From: a virus
DNA length: 64,000 nt
Direction: 5' to 3' (one strand)
IMG/VR virus record: IMGVR_UViG_3300049827_000271
Location: 1-64,000 of that record
Shown: positions 8,462 through 19,300 of the stretch, one piece after another
How positions within the stretch are numbered: position 1 is the first letter of the stretch
Layout of the letters: each line of letters begins with the position of its first letter
Made by a program: the position numbers and the translations under genes
The notes under the pieces: generated by a model
Told to the model about the DNA's origin: nothing
Databases searched by the model: none
Seen by the model: only the letters and a program-made list of their open reading frames with translations

Positions 8462-9064
8462 ATGACCAAAGCACAATACAACCAGCTACCCGAAGTCTCG
8501 GAAATACTGGGAAACGGAAACACCATCCACTACCGCGAGTTCAACGGCACGTTCTACCATGCCGGGATCACGCTGGGTCCGAAGTGGCCAACCAATCCGG
8601 GGCAGCGGGAGAATGACGCTACCCCCTATGAAGTGGCGATGACACTCGACATGCTACACCGCACGCGGCAGAGATGCCGGCTGTTCTTGGGTGACACGGG
8701 AACTGGACGCTCGTGGATGGAAGAGCACGGCGTAACGGGGACCATCGGACGCAGTATGGGGCCGATTAAAGTGCCGCTACTCATTTCGTCCAGCAGATCA
8801 CACGGCGGGCCAGCCATCCTGGATAACTGCATTATCCGAATTGACGTGCAGATCAAGCCGGGGCTGGTCCGAACCCTGTATCAGCATCCCCAGTTCCACG
8901 TCCCAGAGATGGAGCTGAAGGAGTTCAGCAAGGCCGTATTCCCGTGCGAGGTGTGGATAGGGGGAAGCTGTTGCGCCCGCTTCAAAACCAAGGAGAAGGC
9001 GAAGCGGTGGATGCAGTTCATGCGCGGGGAAAGGATGGCGCGAGAGAGGTATTACGCTTTATGA
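8462..9064 (+). CDS. Conserved phage protein (GRSWxEE...IGRSxGxIKVPL...GGxAILD)
   Basis: Motif pattern; coupled stop. Confidence 0.8.
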   Translation: MTKAQYNQLPEVSEILGNGNTIHYREFNGTFYHAGITLGPKWPTNPGQRENDATPYEVAMTLDMLHRTRQRCRLFLGDTGTGRSWMEEHGVTGTIGRSMGPIKVPLLISSSRSHGGPAILDNCIIRIDVQIKPGLVRTLYQHPQFHVPEMELKEFSKAVFPCEVWIGGSCCARFKTKEKAKRWMQFMRGERMARERYYAL

Positions 9065-9732
9065 TACGTGTCATCGTCGCGTGCGAACGCAGCGGGGTCG
9101 TGCGTGAAGCGTTCAACGCCTACAGCGGAGTGGAAGCCATCTCCTGTGACTTGGAAGGGCCAGAGGATGGAAGGGTGGATTTTCATTATCAGGGAGACAT
9201 CTTGCGCTTGCTTTACAAGATGCGAAATCCATTCCATTACGACCTTCTCATCGCCCACCCTCCATGCACCCACCTTTGTTCATCAGGTTTACACTGGACG
9301 ACCCGCGGGAAACGCGATCCGAACATGACACGCCAAGCGATAGAATTCGCGGAGCGATTGTGGGAGGCTCCATGCCGTTACATCTGTATTGAAAATCCAG
9401 TCGGGTGCCTGAGCACGCGGAGTTGTCTTGGCAAGTTTCGTCAGAAGATTCAGCCTTACGAATACGGTGAGGACGCCAGCAAAGGCACCTGCCTGTGGCT
9501 GAAGAATCTTCCCACACTGTTCCCCTCCAAGCACATACTGCCCCGTCAGGTGGAGTGGCCGGTTGGATCAGGGAAGATCGTCCGGCGCTGGTCCAATCAG
9601 ACGGACAGCGGCCAAAACAAATTGCCACCCTCGCCCCGCCGGGCGATGGATAGGGCACGAACATATCCGGGCATCGCCGCCGCGATGGCGAGTCAGTGGA
9701 TACCATATATCATCGCGATGGAAAATTCATAA
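9061..9732 (+). CDS. Phage DNA cytosine methyltransferase-like protein
   Basis: VIVACERSG, SCDL, catalytic HPPC, IENP, C-terminal RARTYPGIAAAMASQW. Confidence 0.8.
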   Translation: MIRVIVACERSGVVREAFNAYSGVEAISCDLEGPEDGRVDFHYQGDILRLLYKMRNPFHYDLLIAHPPCTHLCSSGLHWTTRGKRDPNMTRQAIEFAERLWEAPCRYICIENPVGCLSTRSCLGKFRQKIQPYEYGEDASKGTCLWLKNLPTLFPSKHILPRQVEWPVGSGKIVRRWSNQTDSGQNKLPPSPRRAMDRARTYPGIAAAMASQWIPYIIAMENS

Positions 9733-9733
9733 C

Positions 9734-9919
9734 ATGACCACAAAACAAAAACGAGAATACCGGATGGACAACCTGATCCGGGCCGGGCGATACGCCTTGG
9801 TCCGCATGAAGGGCGGGCACCGGGATACGCAAACCTTATCCGCCCTGGCCAAGAAGGCTCAGGCGCTGGAGCAGTCGGAGCGAATCCGACGGATCACACT
9901 GAAAGGGCCAACCACATGA
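9734..9919 (+). CDS. Small basic hypothetical protein
   Basis: Tight packing and coupled stop. Confidence 0.6.
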   Translation: MTTKQKREYRMDNLIRAGRYALVRMKGGHRDTQTLSALAKKAQALEQSERIRRITLKGPTT

Positions 9920-10092
9920 GCAAGAAGAAGAGCAGATACAAGGACTACATCGTAACCGAGACGTGCCGATACCGGATACGCGCCCGATCCGAAGATGAGG
10001 CGGAGCGGAAGTTCTTGGAGCGCGAGAACCCGGCGACCGATGGGTTTATCGGCATCCTGGAACGGACCATCCATCGGGAGGATGAGGAATGA
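9916..10092 (+). CDS. Small hypothetical protein (58 aa, not in the ORF track)
   Basis: MSKKKSRYKDYIVTETCRYRIRARSEDEAERKF...; ATGA-coupled at both ends; resembles 3392..3577. Confidence 0.7.
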   Translation: MSKKKSRYKDYIVTETCRYRIRARSEDEAERKFLERENPATDGFIGILERTIHREDEE

Positions 10093-10346
10093 GCGCCACC
10101 AACCGACTAATCATCGACGCCCAAGTGCTGGCCACCAAACTGGCGGACGCACAGGGGCGGCTGCGCAAAGACCACGCCATCATCTTGGCCGGCGCGCTCC
10201 GTGAGGCGGAAAAGGCCGGACTCATGGAGGGTGTCAACCAGCACGAGCGGTTCGTCAACGATGTGCTGGGCGAGGCAATGCAACAATACCAAGACGATCC
10301 AGCGGGGCTTGTCACATGGCTCCGCGAGTTCGTCGGAAAGGATTAG
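10089..10346 (+). CDS. Hypothetical protein
   Basis: ATGA-coupled. Confidence 0.7.
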   Translation: MSATNRLIIDAQVLATKLADAQGRLRKDHAIILAGALREAEKAGLMEGVNQHERFVNDVLGEAMQQYQDDPAGLVTWLREFVGKD

Positions 10347-10360
10347 AAAGGAAAACTACC

Positions 10361-10675
10361 ATGAGATCAATACACGTCAGCAAACTTCAACAACGCGCAG
10401 TCGCACCGGAATTAACAGTGGACCCGAAAGGCCGCATTTACAGCGGCGACATCTGCGTGGCCCACACCGATCCGGCAGCCGTGCTGGACCGGGAGGATTT
10501 AATGGCCACCGCCAGACTGCTGGCCCACGCCTACAACCAGTTCGGTGGAATGCTCCAACTGCTGGAGGACATGGTTCCGCTGGTGAACTGGTTCCACGAG
10601 CGGGAGGGCTGCCCGATTACCAAGCGGGAATTGGAGGCCACGATCAGGCGGGCGCGAATGGTTAAAGTCCAATAA
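10361..10675 (+). CDS. Hypothetical protein (ANARL-like ATARLLAHAY motif)
   Basis: AAAGGAAAACTACC leader. Confidence 0.7.
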   Translation: MRSIHVSKLQQRAVAPELTVDPKGRIYSGDICVAHTDPAAVLDREDLMATARLLAHAYNQFGGMLQLLEDMVPLVNWFHEREGCPITKRELEATIRRARMVKVQ

Positions 10676-10689
10676 CCGACAATAACTTT

Positions 10690-10833
10690 TACCCGCGCCG
10701 AGGGTGCGCCCTAACCGTAAGGCTGGGCGGGGTCCATTTTCCAGGCGGTCAACGGTTGGCCGTCCAGGATTTTCTACCCGTGTATTCCCGAACGGCGCGG
10801 GTATCTCTTTAACGCTCCGCATGAGAAATGCGG
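10690..10833 (+). ncRNA. Candidate structured RNA or cis-regulatory leader
   Basis: Perfect 11-bp closing stem 10690-10700/10793-10803 enclosing further stems (GTAA tetraloop, G-U pairs); separate hairpin at 10817-10833. Confidence 0.5.
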
Positions 10834-10855
10834 CACGAAAACCTGAAACAATAAT

Positions 10856-11212
10856 ATGCTAAGTAAACAATCCAAAACCAATAGGCCAACCGCATTTCGC
10901 TACATGCGGTTGTTAGGGCGACTCGTCAAACTATCTGAAGTCTTGAGACAGTGGGATTATGGATGGTCTGTGCATCTTAGAATAGACAAGGATGGTCCAA
11001 AAATCCATCTGTGCGATTCCGACGACGACTATGAAGGCAACGCCATGCGGCAGATACTTGAAGGCATCCAAAAGGAATGGCGCGACACCTACAGGAATCT
11101 GCCAAAACCAAGAGAGGTGAACGACTACGACCGATATGACCTCTGCGAACAACGGAAAAACATCAAGGCGACTCTCGGCGAAGTAAAGCGCCGCCTCGCA
11201 AAGTTGCGCTAA
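10856..11212 (+). CDS. Hypothetical protein
   Basis: A-rich leader; co-oriented. Confidence 0.65.
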   Translation: MLSKQSKTNRPTAFRYMRLLGRLVKLSEVLRQWDYGWSVHLRIDKDGPKIHLCDSDDDYEGNAMRQILEGIQKEWRDTYRNLPKPREVNDYDRYDLCEQRKNIKATLGEVKRRLAKLR

Positions 11213-11219
11213 CAAAACT

Positions 11220-11582
11220 ATGAACGATAAGAAACCAACGCCTGCCGCGGGCGAATCGCGGCCCACGCATGAACTCGTCGATGCATCCATTGCATATCTG
11301 AGCTCTGGCGGAAACAAAGTTGAGCAGCTTTTGAGGCTGGTAGAACTGAGCGGCGGCGACAATAGGATTGATTACGGAGCGGAATCTGGACGAATTCTCA
11401 TCCGAGAACTCCATGCGCTCCGCCGGCAGCACGCTGAGTTGCTAGCGGTAGCGGAACGCGCGTGCGCTTTATGTGACAGCACACGCAATCGCGGACTGCT
11501 AGACCTAAATACGGTCGATCTGTCCAATCTATACGCCTCCGCATACCTGGCGGTTTCCGTAGTGAAAGGAGGCAAGTCGTGA
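11220..11582 (+). CDS. Hypothetical protein
   Basis: Leader AACAAAACT; coupled stop. Confidence 0.65.
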   Translation: MNDKKPTPAAGESRPTHELVDASIAYLSSGGNKVEQLLRLVELSGGDNRIDYGAESGRILIRELHALRRQHAELLAVAERACALCDSTRNRGLLDLNTVDLSNLYASAYLAVSVVKGGKS

Positions 11583-11881
11583 AAACGCGCGAGCTTGATC
11601 GGATGCACGCAGTCCACCGCGAGTCGCAAGCGATAGGTGAGTTTTTGGATTGGCTGCACAGCGAAAAACATGTGGAATTCCACATCGCGCACCAGCACTC
11701 CGATGCTTGTGGGTTTATTCGGCACAGCGGTCGAGGGGAGATATGCGGTATGCGTGAAGATGACACCGTTCCGTTTACCTACAACACCGAGAAACTTCTG
11801 GCCGAGTTCTTTAGCATTGACCTGTCCACAATAGAGCAGGAGCGGAAAGCTCTGCTCGCAAAGATACGGGGTGAAGCATGA
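11579..11881 (+). CDS. Conserved phage protein (SQAIGEFLDWL...LLAEFFxID)
   Basis: GTGA coupling; AGGAGG upstream. Confidence 0.75.
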   Translation: MKTRELDRMHAVHRESQAIGEFLDWLHSEKHVEFHIAHQHSDACGFIRHSGRGEICGMREDDTVPFTYNTEKLLAEFFSIDLSTIEQERKALLAKIRGEA

Positions 11882-13044
11882 TCGAAATCACCAAACAAGA
11901 TGTCCACTTCCGGCGCGATCCGACTACTCGAAAGTGGAAGGCGGGTGTGTACTCCTACGCCGAGAAGAAACTGGTCTGGCAGGACACGGCGACCAGCAAC
12001 TACACGCTGGCCCAGAAGTACGCAGCCGACCACAACCTGCGCGACCTCAACCGGAAGGAGCGGCAGCTTGAATCCGCCGACCTGATCGCCAAACGGTTAG
12101 GCTGCGAGGACAAGGAGACGAGCCTGCGCCTGCTCTGTGCCAAGTGGTACGAGTGGCTCAAGACCGGGCGGGCCACCAGCGGCGGACTGTCCCAGACCCG
12201 GAACATGGTCCGACAATGGCTGCGCTACTGCGGGATTGAGGACGCCGAATCATCGGCCATCAACCCGGAGTGCATCCACCAGTTCGTCAACGATGACAGC
12301 CGGGTCCGGGCGGCCACGCGCTCCGCCCGTTACTTCTCCATCCGCAACTTCTGCGACTGGATGCACAAGCGCGGGTTTCTCCAGCGCGATTTCACGGATG
12401 AGATCAGGGTGGACATGTCCAGGATGGACCAAGACCAACTCATGCCGGTCGAGCCTCGTGTGGCCACCGAGGACGACCTGAAGAAGCTGCTCGCCTTCGC
12501 CGACAAGTCCGGCCACGGCTGGCCCAAGTTCTTCGCCGTGGCCGCCCACATCGCGTGGCATACCGGGCTGCGCTATGGGGACATCGCCACCTTGGAGTGG
12601 AGCAACATCAACTTCGAGCGCGGGCTGATCCGGCGTGTGACCAGGAAGCGCAGCAAGTATGTTGAGGTTGAGGCTCCGCCGGAGGTCATGCAACTACTGG
12701 TGCAACTGCGCGCGGACAGCAAAGAAGAGCGGTTTGTTTTCCCAACCCAAGCCACGAGTTACCGCAACCCCGACACATCGCGGGCATGGTCGTCCCGGTT
12801 CGCTTACGTCTCGCAGACATCAGGGGTGGGGCACTTGGGCTTCCATGCCTTTCGCCGGGCTTACTGCCAGCGCAGATACGGCCAGTTGTCCGAGCCGAAG
12901 CCGGAAGGATTGTTCAACCGAGAAGCCCTGGCCAAGATTGCCAAGGAGGTTGGCCACTCCAGCATCAACCAGACGCTGGGGTACATGCCACAACTGACAC
13001 GCGCCGCACCGCCCGGCGCAGAGTCGGGGTGGGGGAAAACTTGA
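11878..13044 (+). CDS. Tyrosine recombinase / integrase
   Basis: TGLRYGD (R), TRK (K), FHAFRR (HxxR), VGHSS (H), TLGY (Y); core-binding region upstream. Confidence 0.92.
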   Translation: MIEITKQDVHFRRDPTTRKWKAGVYSYAEKKLVWQDTATSNYTLAQKYAADHNLRDLNRKERQLESADLIAKRLGCEDKETSLRLLCAKWYEWLKTGRATSGGLSQTRNMVRQWLRYCGIEDAESSAINPECIHQFVNDDSRVRAATRSARYFSIRNFCDWMHKRGFLQRDFTDEIRVDMSRMDQDQLMPVEPRVATEDDLKKLLAFADKSGHGWPKFFAVAAHIAWHTGLRYGDIATLEWSNINFERGLIRRVTRKRSKYVEVEAPPEVMQLLVQLRADSKEERFVFPTQATSYRNPDTSRAWSSRFAYVSQTSGVGHLGFHAFRRAYCQRRYGQLSEPKPEGLFNREALAKIAKEVGHSSINQTLGYMPQLTRAAPPGAESGWGKT

Positions 13045-13291
13045 TCCGGGTATGGGGAGGGACGAACAAGGAGACATCCGGTTCCGGCTCTCCAATCCTC
13101 CGGTTCGCCGGACACTTGCACCCCTTGAACTGGGTCAGGCTGAAGACCCCCAAGTGACGTAGGTAAACACGCTCTCCCCGGCGGAGGGATTCGGCGACCA
13201 AATGGATTACATCGCGTATGACCTGCCGGCTGTGCTCCTCGGTAAAACCGTGGCGTCTGCGCAGTTCGGCCTGTAACTTCTCAATGTTCAT
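12965..13291 (-). CDS. HU/IHF-family DNA-binding protein
   Basis: ESLRRGERVYLRHLGVFSL...VPPHTRIKFSPTPTLRRAV matches the HU/IHF signature. Confidence 0.85.
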   Translation of the reverse strand: MNIEKLQAELRRRHGFTEEHSRQVIRDVIHLVAESLRRGERVYLRHLGVFSLTQFKGCKCPANRRIGEPEPDVSLFVPPHTRIKFSPTPTLRRAVRRVSVVACTPASG

Positions 13292-13300
13292 CGGCGCATC

Positions 13301-16300
13301 TTAGCGCACTCCCGGAAGTCTGGCAACCGCACTCCGGCTCCTCCTCGCGGGGAGCCGGATTTTTTGCGTACCCGTCCGGCGTAATTTCGGCATTCTCACC
13401 GAGCGCACATGGGCCGCAGCCGCCGGACGGCGCGTGGGAATTCTGACCGACGACCGGCGTGAGGCGGGCATGGACATAGATGGCGTTGCGGAACGTCCAA
13501 CGCCAGCCCTTGGCGCCGGCACGGAGACGCGGCCCACCGATGGGGCGCGCACGCCAAAGCTTGGACCAGCCGACGATCCGGCGCTGAGCGAAGGCAGGCG
13601 CACTCCGCCAGCGTGCGGGCGCGGCAGTCCGCGGGCGCCGCCAAACGACATGCCTCCGCCCGTACCGCCCATGCGTCCCAGTCCGGTCGAAGTTTTTTCC
13701 TCCGACGGTTCCATGCTTGGAATAGAGGCTGATCCACCTCCCCCGCCTCCGGCAGAGCCGCGTTCCTGCCTGACAAATTCACGCGCTTGATGCCCGGTGG
13801 ACTCGGCATAGGTGTTAAACGCCTCCTCCGCCTTCATCACCTCCGCGCGCTGGTCCGAGGACATCCGGCCCAAGATCGTCCCCCGCTCCTCCAAGGTGGG
13901 CGCTCTGCCCAGCACGGCCTGCCACGGATTACGTGACATAACCGAGGTGTCGAATGATTTTGCGGCGGCGTCATACTCGATGTTCCGCTTCTCCATGATC
14001 TTCTTGATCCCCCGTTCGCGCGCGTCCAGCATCCCCGTGGTATTCCCCAGCATCATCCAGTTCACCGCGTCCTGCGCCTCTGCCGATGTGATGGACGGAC
14101 GGTAAGTTCCTCCGACTTGGGTGCGCTTGTCGATGTCCTGGCTGAATCTGTCGATGTTGGCTCGGGCATTCGAGTTCTCCACCATTCCTGCCTGTAGATC
14201 AGTGTGATTCAGGATCAGCTTGCTGTTCGGAACCCAACGTGATACCAGCCTGGCCATCTCCTGTGAGATGTCTCCGCCTTGGTAAAGCGTGCGCCATGCG
14301 CGCGGGATGTCATTGGCCATCTCCACCGCGAACAGGTTGATCCCGGTTCCGCCAAGGCCGCGGGACGGCTTGCTCACATCGAGTGCGCTGTTCAGGATTC
14401 CGGACGACAATGGCAGGACGCTGCCGGCCATCAACATCATATACTTGAAGGCGTCCTCTGGATTCTCCGCATCCCACGCGCGGGGCGTCCGGTTGCGCGA
14501 ACCATAGACATACTCCGACAACCACGCGGCCATTGGCACAATCGCCAGACCGCCCAGCACGGAGGCGGTCAGCAGGTAGTCCGCAAACTTGGCCCCCGCT
14601 TTGATTCCTGCCGCGCCGCGATTGCCTTTCGTGAAGATAGCGGACGTGCGCAGAATGTCCTCGTTCTGCCACAGCACCCAGTTCATCAGCGTCAGCGTGG
14701 ACCGGCCCAAGCGGTTGCGCTGCGATAGGGTGGGGCGGTTGCTGAATCCGGATTTGCTCCGGGCTTGGGCCAGATCAAAGATGTATCGGTTCTCCTCCTC
14801 CTTGGTGAACAGGTTCTCCAATCCCGGATCGGCGGCGCGTTTGGAGCGCGCGTAGTAATCAAGGAAAGCGCGGTCGATGTTGATGTCACACCCCTGCATT
14901 CGCTTGCGGAATTGCAGTGCCTCATCCGGCTTGGCCCCGCGGCCCAACAATTCCGCCGGGGTCAGCACGGTTGTCTGCGGGTCCATTGGCAAACCCAGCG
15001 CCTCGCGGGCAGCCAGAACCTCGCGGGCGCGCATGGTCATGTCTTTGATGCGTCCATGCGCCTCCGAAACCGTGGCCAGCATGAGCAGGTTTTCCGAGTG
15101 CTTCATGCTCGTCAGTCCAACCCCTTGCAGGACATGCCAAGCTCCACGACCAACAGCAGTTGATGCCCTCCACAACCCTTTTGCAGATGCCAGGCGCAGG
15201 CTTGGATCAGCCTGCTGGTCCAAGATTCCTCCGCTGGCGAACCATGTGTCGATGTCGTTGCGCAGAAGTTCGCGCATGGTCCACTGGCTGGAGATGCCAA
15301 GCTCCTTGGCTCTACGCCATTCCAAGGCGGCCCGCGTGGCGGCACTGACAGACTTTCCGGTCATGGACGAAAGTTCATTCGCATTGGCCTCAATCGCCCG
15401 CTCAAAGTCGGGACCGAACTGCTTGCGCAGCGCGTCGTCACTCTTGATCACGGCGAGCAGCCCGCGCACCAACCGGCCTCCATGCTTGGTAAACTCCGCC
15501 GTGGCATACGCGGCCTTGCTCAACCCCCATACGCCAAACATCCACTTGCGGTGTTCGCCCATTGCCACTCCCTGCCGGTAGATGTCGATGGCTGGGGCCA
15601 GGATATTCACCACTTGCGGTTTGATTGCGGCCAGGACCGCGGAGGCCGCCCTTCTGACCGCCCCGCCGAACGTTCGGGCCAACCTCGGCTCTAGCGGAGA
15701 TTCCATCGACACGTAATCGCGGAGCGATTTCAGGTCCGAGTCGATCATCCGTTTGATCATCACGGCGTCCGCGTAATTCAGAAGACTCTCTCCATTCACC
15801 TGCTCTTCCCGCGTCTGCGCATTGGCCTTTTCCAAGCCCTTCGGAGATTGCGTCTCGTACCGGACATCCCAATCACCGATCTGCCTGCCCAAGCTGTCTC
15901 GCAGGTCGATCAGTGAATTTGCGTAGTTGACCAGATAGGTCTTGGTAATCCCCCAATCCAGCGCGTGGACAGAATTCTCGCTCGCCAGCGCATACTCATA
16001 GAAGTCGGGAGGCAGCGTGCCGGATTCGCGCGGTCTGGTCATAAACGAGCCTGCGCCCATGACCTCTGTGATCGGCCTCTCCCCCGGCTTGACCGATGGT
16101 GATTCCAGTGGAAGCTCCCCCCTGGCCCCACGCAATAACTCATGCTCCAATCGTGATTTTACCTCATCGCGGGTCATCCAGTCCTTAGGGTCCGGGCGCG
16201 TCCGCACCTCGTCCACAATGGCGTCCAGGAGTCCGACGTAATTGGATGGCTCCGGCCTGCCGGCGTCGAATTGCCGGGCCAGGCTCAGGTATTCCATCAC

Positions 16301-19300
16301 CAGCGGGGAACGCATGGCCATCCGGTAATGCTCGTGCTTGAACCCCCAGAGATGCGATAGCACACGATCCAGATGCTTCTCGATCACGGGCGCAAGCTGG
16401 CCATTTTTGGCGGCGAGCGTTTGCAGGCTGAGCGCGTAATCGTTGGCTTCCGGGTTGATCCGTCTGGGCAACATGCCGCTCGTCAATTCCAGCGCCGGAC
16501 GTTGCACGGTAATGCCGCCAATCTTCTCGGTGATCAATACTTCCGGGCGTCCGAACTTTTTCAGTTCCCGGCCCACCCCGGCCTTGGCCTTGTACAAGGC
16601 AAGCTCGGCCTGGACGGCGGCCATGTCCTCCGGAAGCACGGTGATACCTCGGTGGGCTTTTCCAACCGTGAGCGGCTGCCCGTGCGGATATGCCATGCTG
16701 TGGAGGATGGCGTTGCCAATCTGGTCCTCCCATTCCTGCGGGGAACGGAAGCCGTGGGCGCGCATGGCCTTGATCGTGGCTTTACGATTGCGCGTGGTCA
16801 CATTGCGCGACCCCGCCTTGCCACTGACGGCAGCGGTTTGTAATTGCTCAATAACCAAGTCCACGTCCCTGGCCGCGTTTGCCGCTTTCAACCCAAGCAT
16901 GTTCCGCCCCAGCCACGGCGCGATCTCGCGCGTTTGTCCAAAGAGTTCCACCAAGTATCCTGGCAGCCATTTGGCAATACGCGAGCTTCCCTGTTCCGTC
17001 GCCAAAGCTTGGTGGGTCAGCCGCTCTTCCAATTCCTGCGCCCTCTCCCGGTAAAACGAGGCCCGCATAGGATCGCTCTCCGGGTTGTCCGCGTACTCAC
17101 GAAACCAGCGGGCGGCCTTGCGCGCGTTGTCCAAGTCCGCCTTCATCCCGGACTTGTCCCATCCCCCCGGCAGTGAAACGGTATCCTGCTGGCCCTTGGG
17201 CTGGTTTGGATTCTCCAAGATGCGGACACCTTCCAAGGTGTAGTCGGCTCCGCCCAGATTGGAGGTAATGCGACCTTTGTTAAATTCAGGATCGCTCTGC
17301 ATCTGCCAAAACCCGAGCTCGGACTGGGCGCGCTGGTAGTTGCGCCAGAATTCCGTGCCCGGACTGAGCATGTTCGTCTTCAGAAAAGCCGCCGCGTCCT
17401 CATGGGCCTTCAGCTTGTCTTGCAGCCTGACCGTTTCCTTGCTGGGAGCGCCCGCGCGAATCTGCTGCATCTGCTGCCAGAACGGCTGACTCTGGGACAG
17501 GATGTATTTGACTCCAGCCGCAACATCGGTCCCCGTCTTGAATTTGTTGGCCAGCGCCCAAGCATCCCATCGGTTCACCAAGTCCGCCGTGGTGGACGGC
17601 CAGGTGGAGGCGTTCAATGTGTCAATGAATGCTCCGACCGTTTCCATGACCGTGTGTGATTTTGTCATGCCGTTCAGAATATCCAGCATGTGCTGCGCTT
17701 GGATGGATGCCGGAGTCGGGCTGTTGGCGGCGGCGTTGACTACGTGTTGCAGGGCGGCCCTCTCTGAATCGCGCACATTGCGCACCCATGATCCGCCGTC
17801 CTTCGCGCGGTCGCTGGCGATGCTGTCACGAACCTTGCGAGTGTAATAGTCGATCTTGTCCGGGAGCTTGATCTGAGCAAAGTCCACCGCCAGCGCGGCG
17901 TTGGTCAGGAAGCTCTTCATTGACACGTTAAACACGTTTGGATTATCCGCCCCAAGAGCCGCGTTGCGCGCCTTTTCCACAATGTCCACGCCATGTGGGA
18001 GCGGCCTGCCGCCTGAGTTCAGGTAGGCGTTGTCAATCTCGCTTCGAGCCAGCGCGTGCGTTTCATGCAGGTACTTCATTCCGCGCAGGATGGACTTTAC
18101 AGGGTCCGGCAATGCGTCGTAGAGCGGCTTGAGATACGCCATTGGCTCAATGGACAGCCAGGTGTCAACGCGCGACTCATACTTCTCGTTCTCGGTCCTG
18201 AACGGATCGGTCATGGATTGCTGCTTCCACTGTCCGGGCGTGCGCGCCGCCTGTCGTGTAATCACATCGCCCGCCTGTTCCGGTCTGGTGTCTTGCACAC
18301 GCAACTCCGCCAGCTTCTCAGAGACAGCGCGGGCCGCCGCCCGTTCCGCCTTGCCCCGTGTCATCTGCTGGCCGGAGAACATGTCCATGACCCGGCTTAC
18401 CAGCTTGCCAAACCAACTGCGCCCCTTCCATGCCTGGACCAGCGTGTCCACCCCGCGTGTGTCCAACTCCGCGCGATCCCCTGTCGTGTATCCTCTCTCG
18501 GCCATGTCCGCCTTGATCTGGTCGATCTCTTCTGGCTTCAGCGTCTTCAACTCTTCGGCCAAACCCCCAAACTCCGTCACCGCATGGGCCGCCTCATGCT
18601 CCAGCGCGCGTGCCACGCTCTCCGCATCCGGCAGGTTCTTGGCGTTCAGCCTGACCTCCAGCACCTTTCCCGTCTTCGCGTCGATGTCCACCTGCGCGGA
18701 CCACGGCTCGTCGCTCTCTACGATCTTGATCAGTTCGGGAGATTTTCCACCGAAGACCTTGGCAGCCTCGGAGGCCACAAGATCAATCCCCATGCCTCGG
18801 CCAATATCAGCGTCGGGAGCGATGGAATGACGAGTCACCAGACCGCCCGGCTTCATGCCAAGCCGTTCCGCCGTCTGCCGCACAGTGGCCGGCATGGTTC
18901 CCACCACCTTCTCTCCATTGGGACCAACCCAAGTCTTGCCGAAAGGAATCTGCTCCGGGAGCGGGGGTGCCTGCGAGGCGAGCCATCGCTCGTACGCTGA
19001 TACCGCTTTCTGCTGTGGCTTCGTTTCCGCCGTCACGGGAACGGACGGCTCCGATTCTTTTCCAGCCAGTGCCAACTCCAAATTCCGCTTGGCCCGATTG
19101 AACGCGATCAAGCTGTCGCCCGTGCGCGTCTCCTTCCACACCCGCTGCGTGCTCTCTACATCGTTACGGAGCTTGCTAAGTCGCTGCTGTTCGGTTGGGA
19201 CGTGACGAGCGCGTTCATTGGCTGTTTCAATTCTGATGAACGCTCCAGTGGGGCGGCTTGTTTGGATTTCAACTCCCGGTCGGACTGCTCCGCCAGCAGG

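Noticed and set aside
10690-10803. tRNA or known ribozyme
   Set aside because: No T-loop GTTC, anticodon arm or CCA, and no hammerhead CTGATGA/GAAA core.
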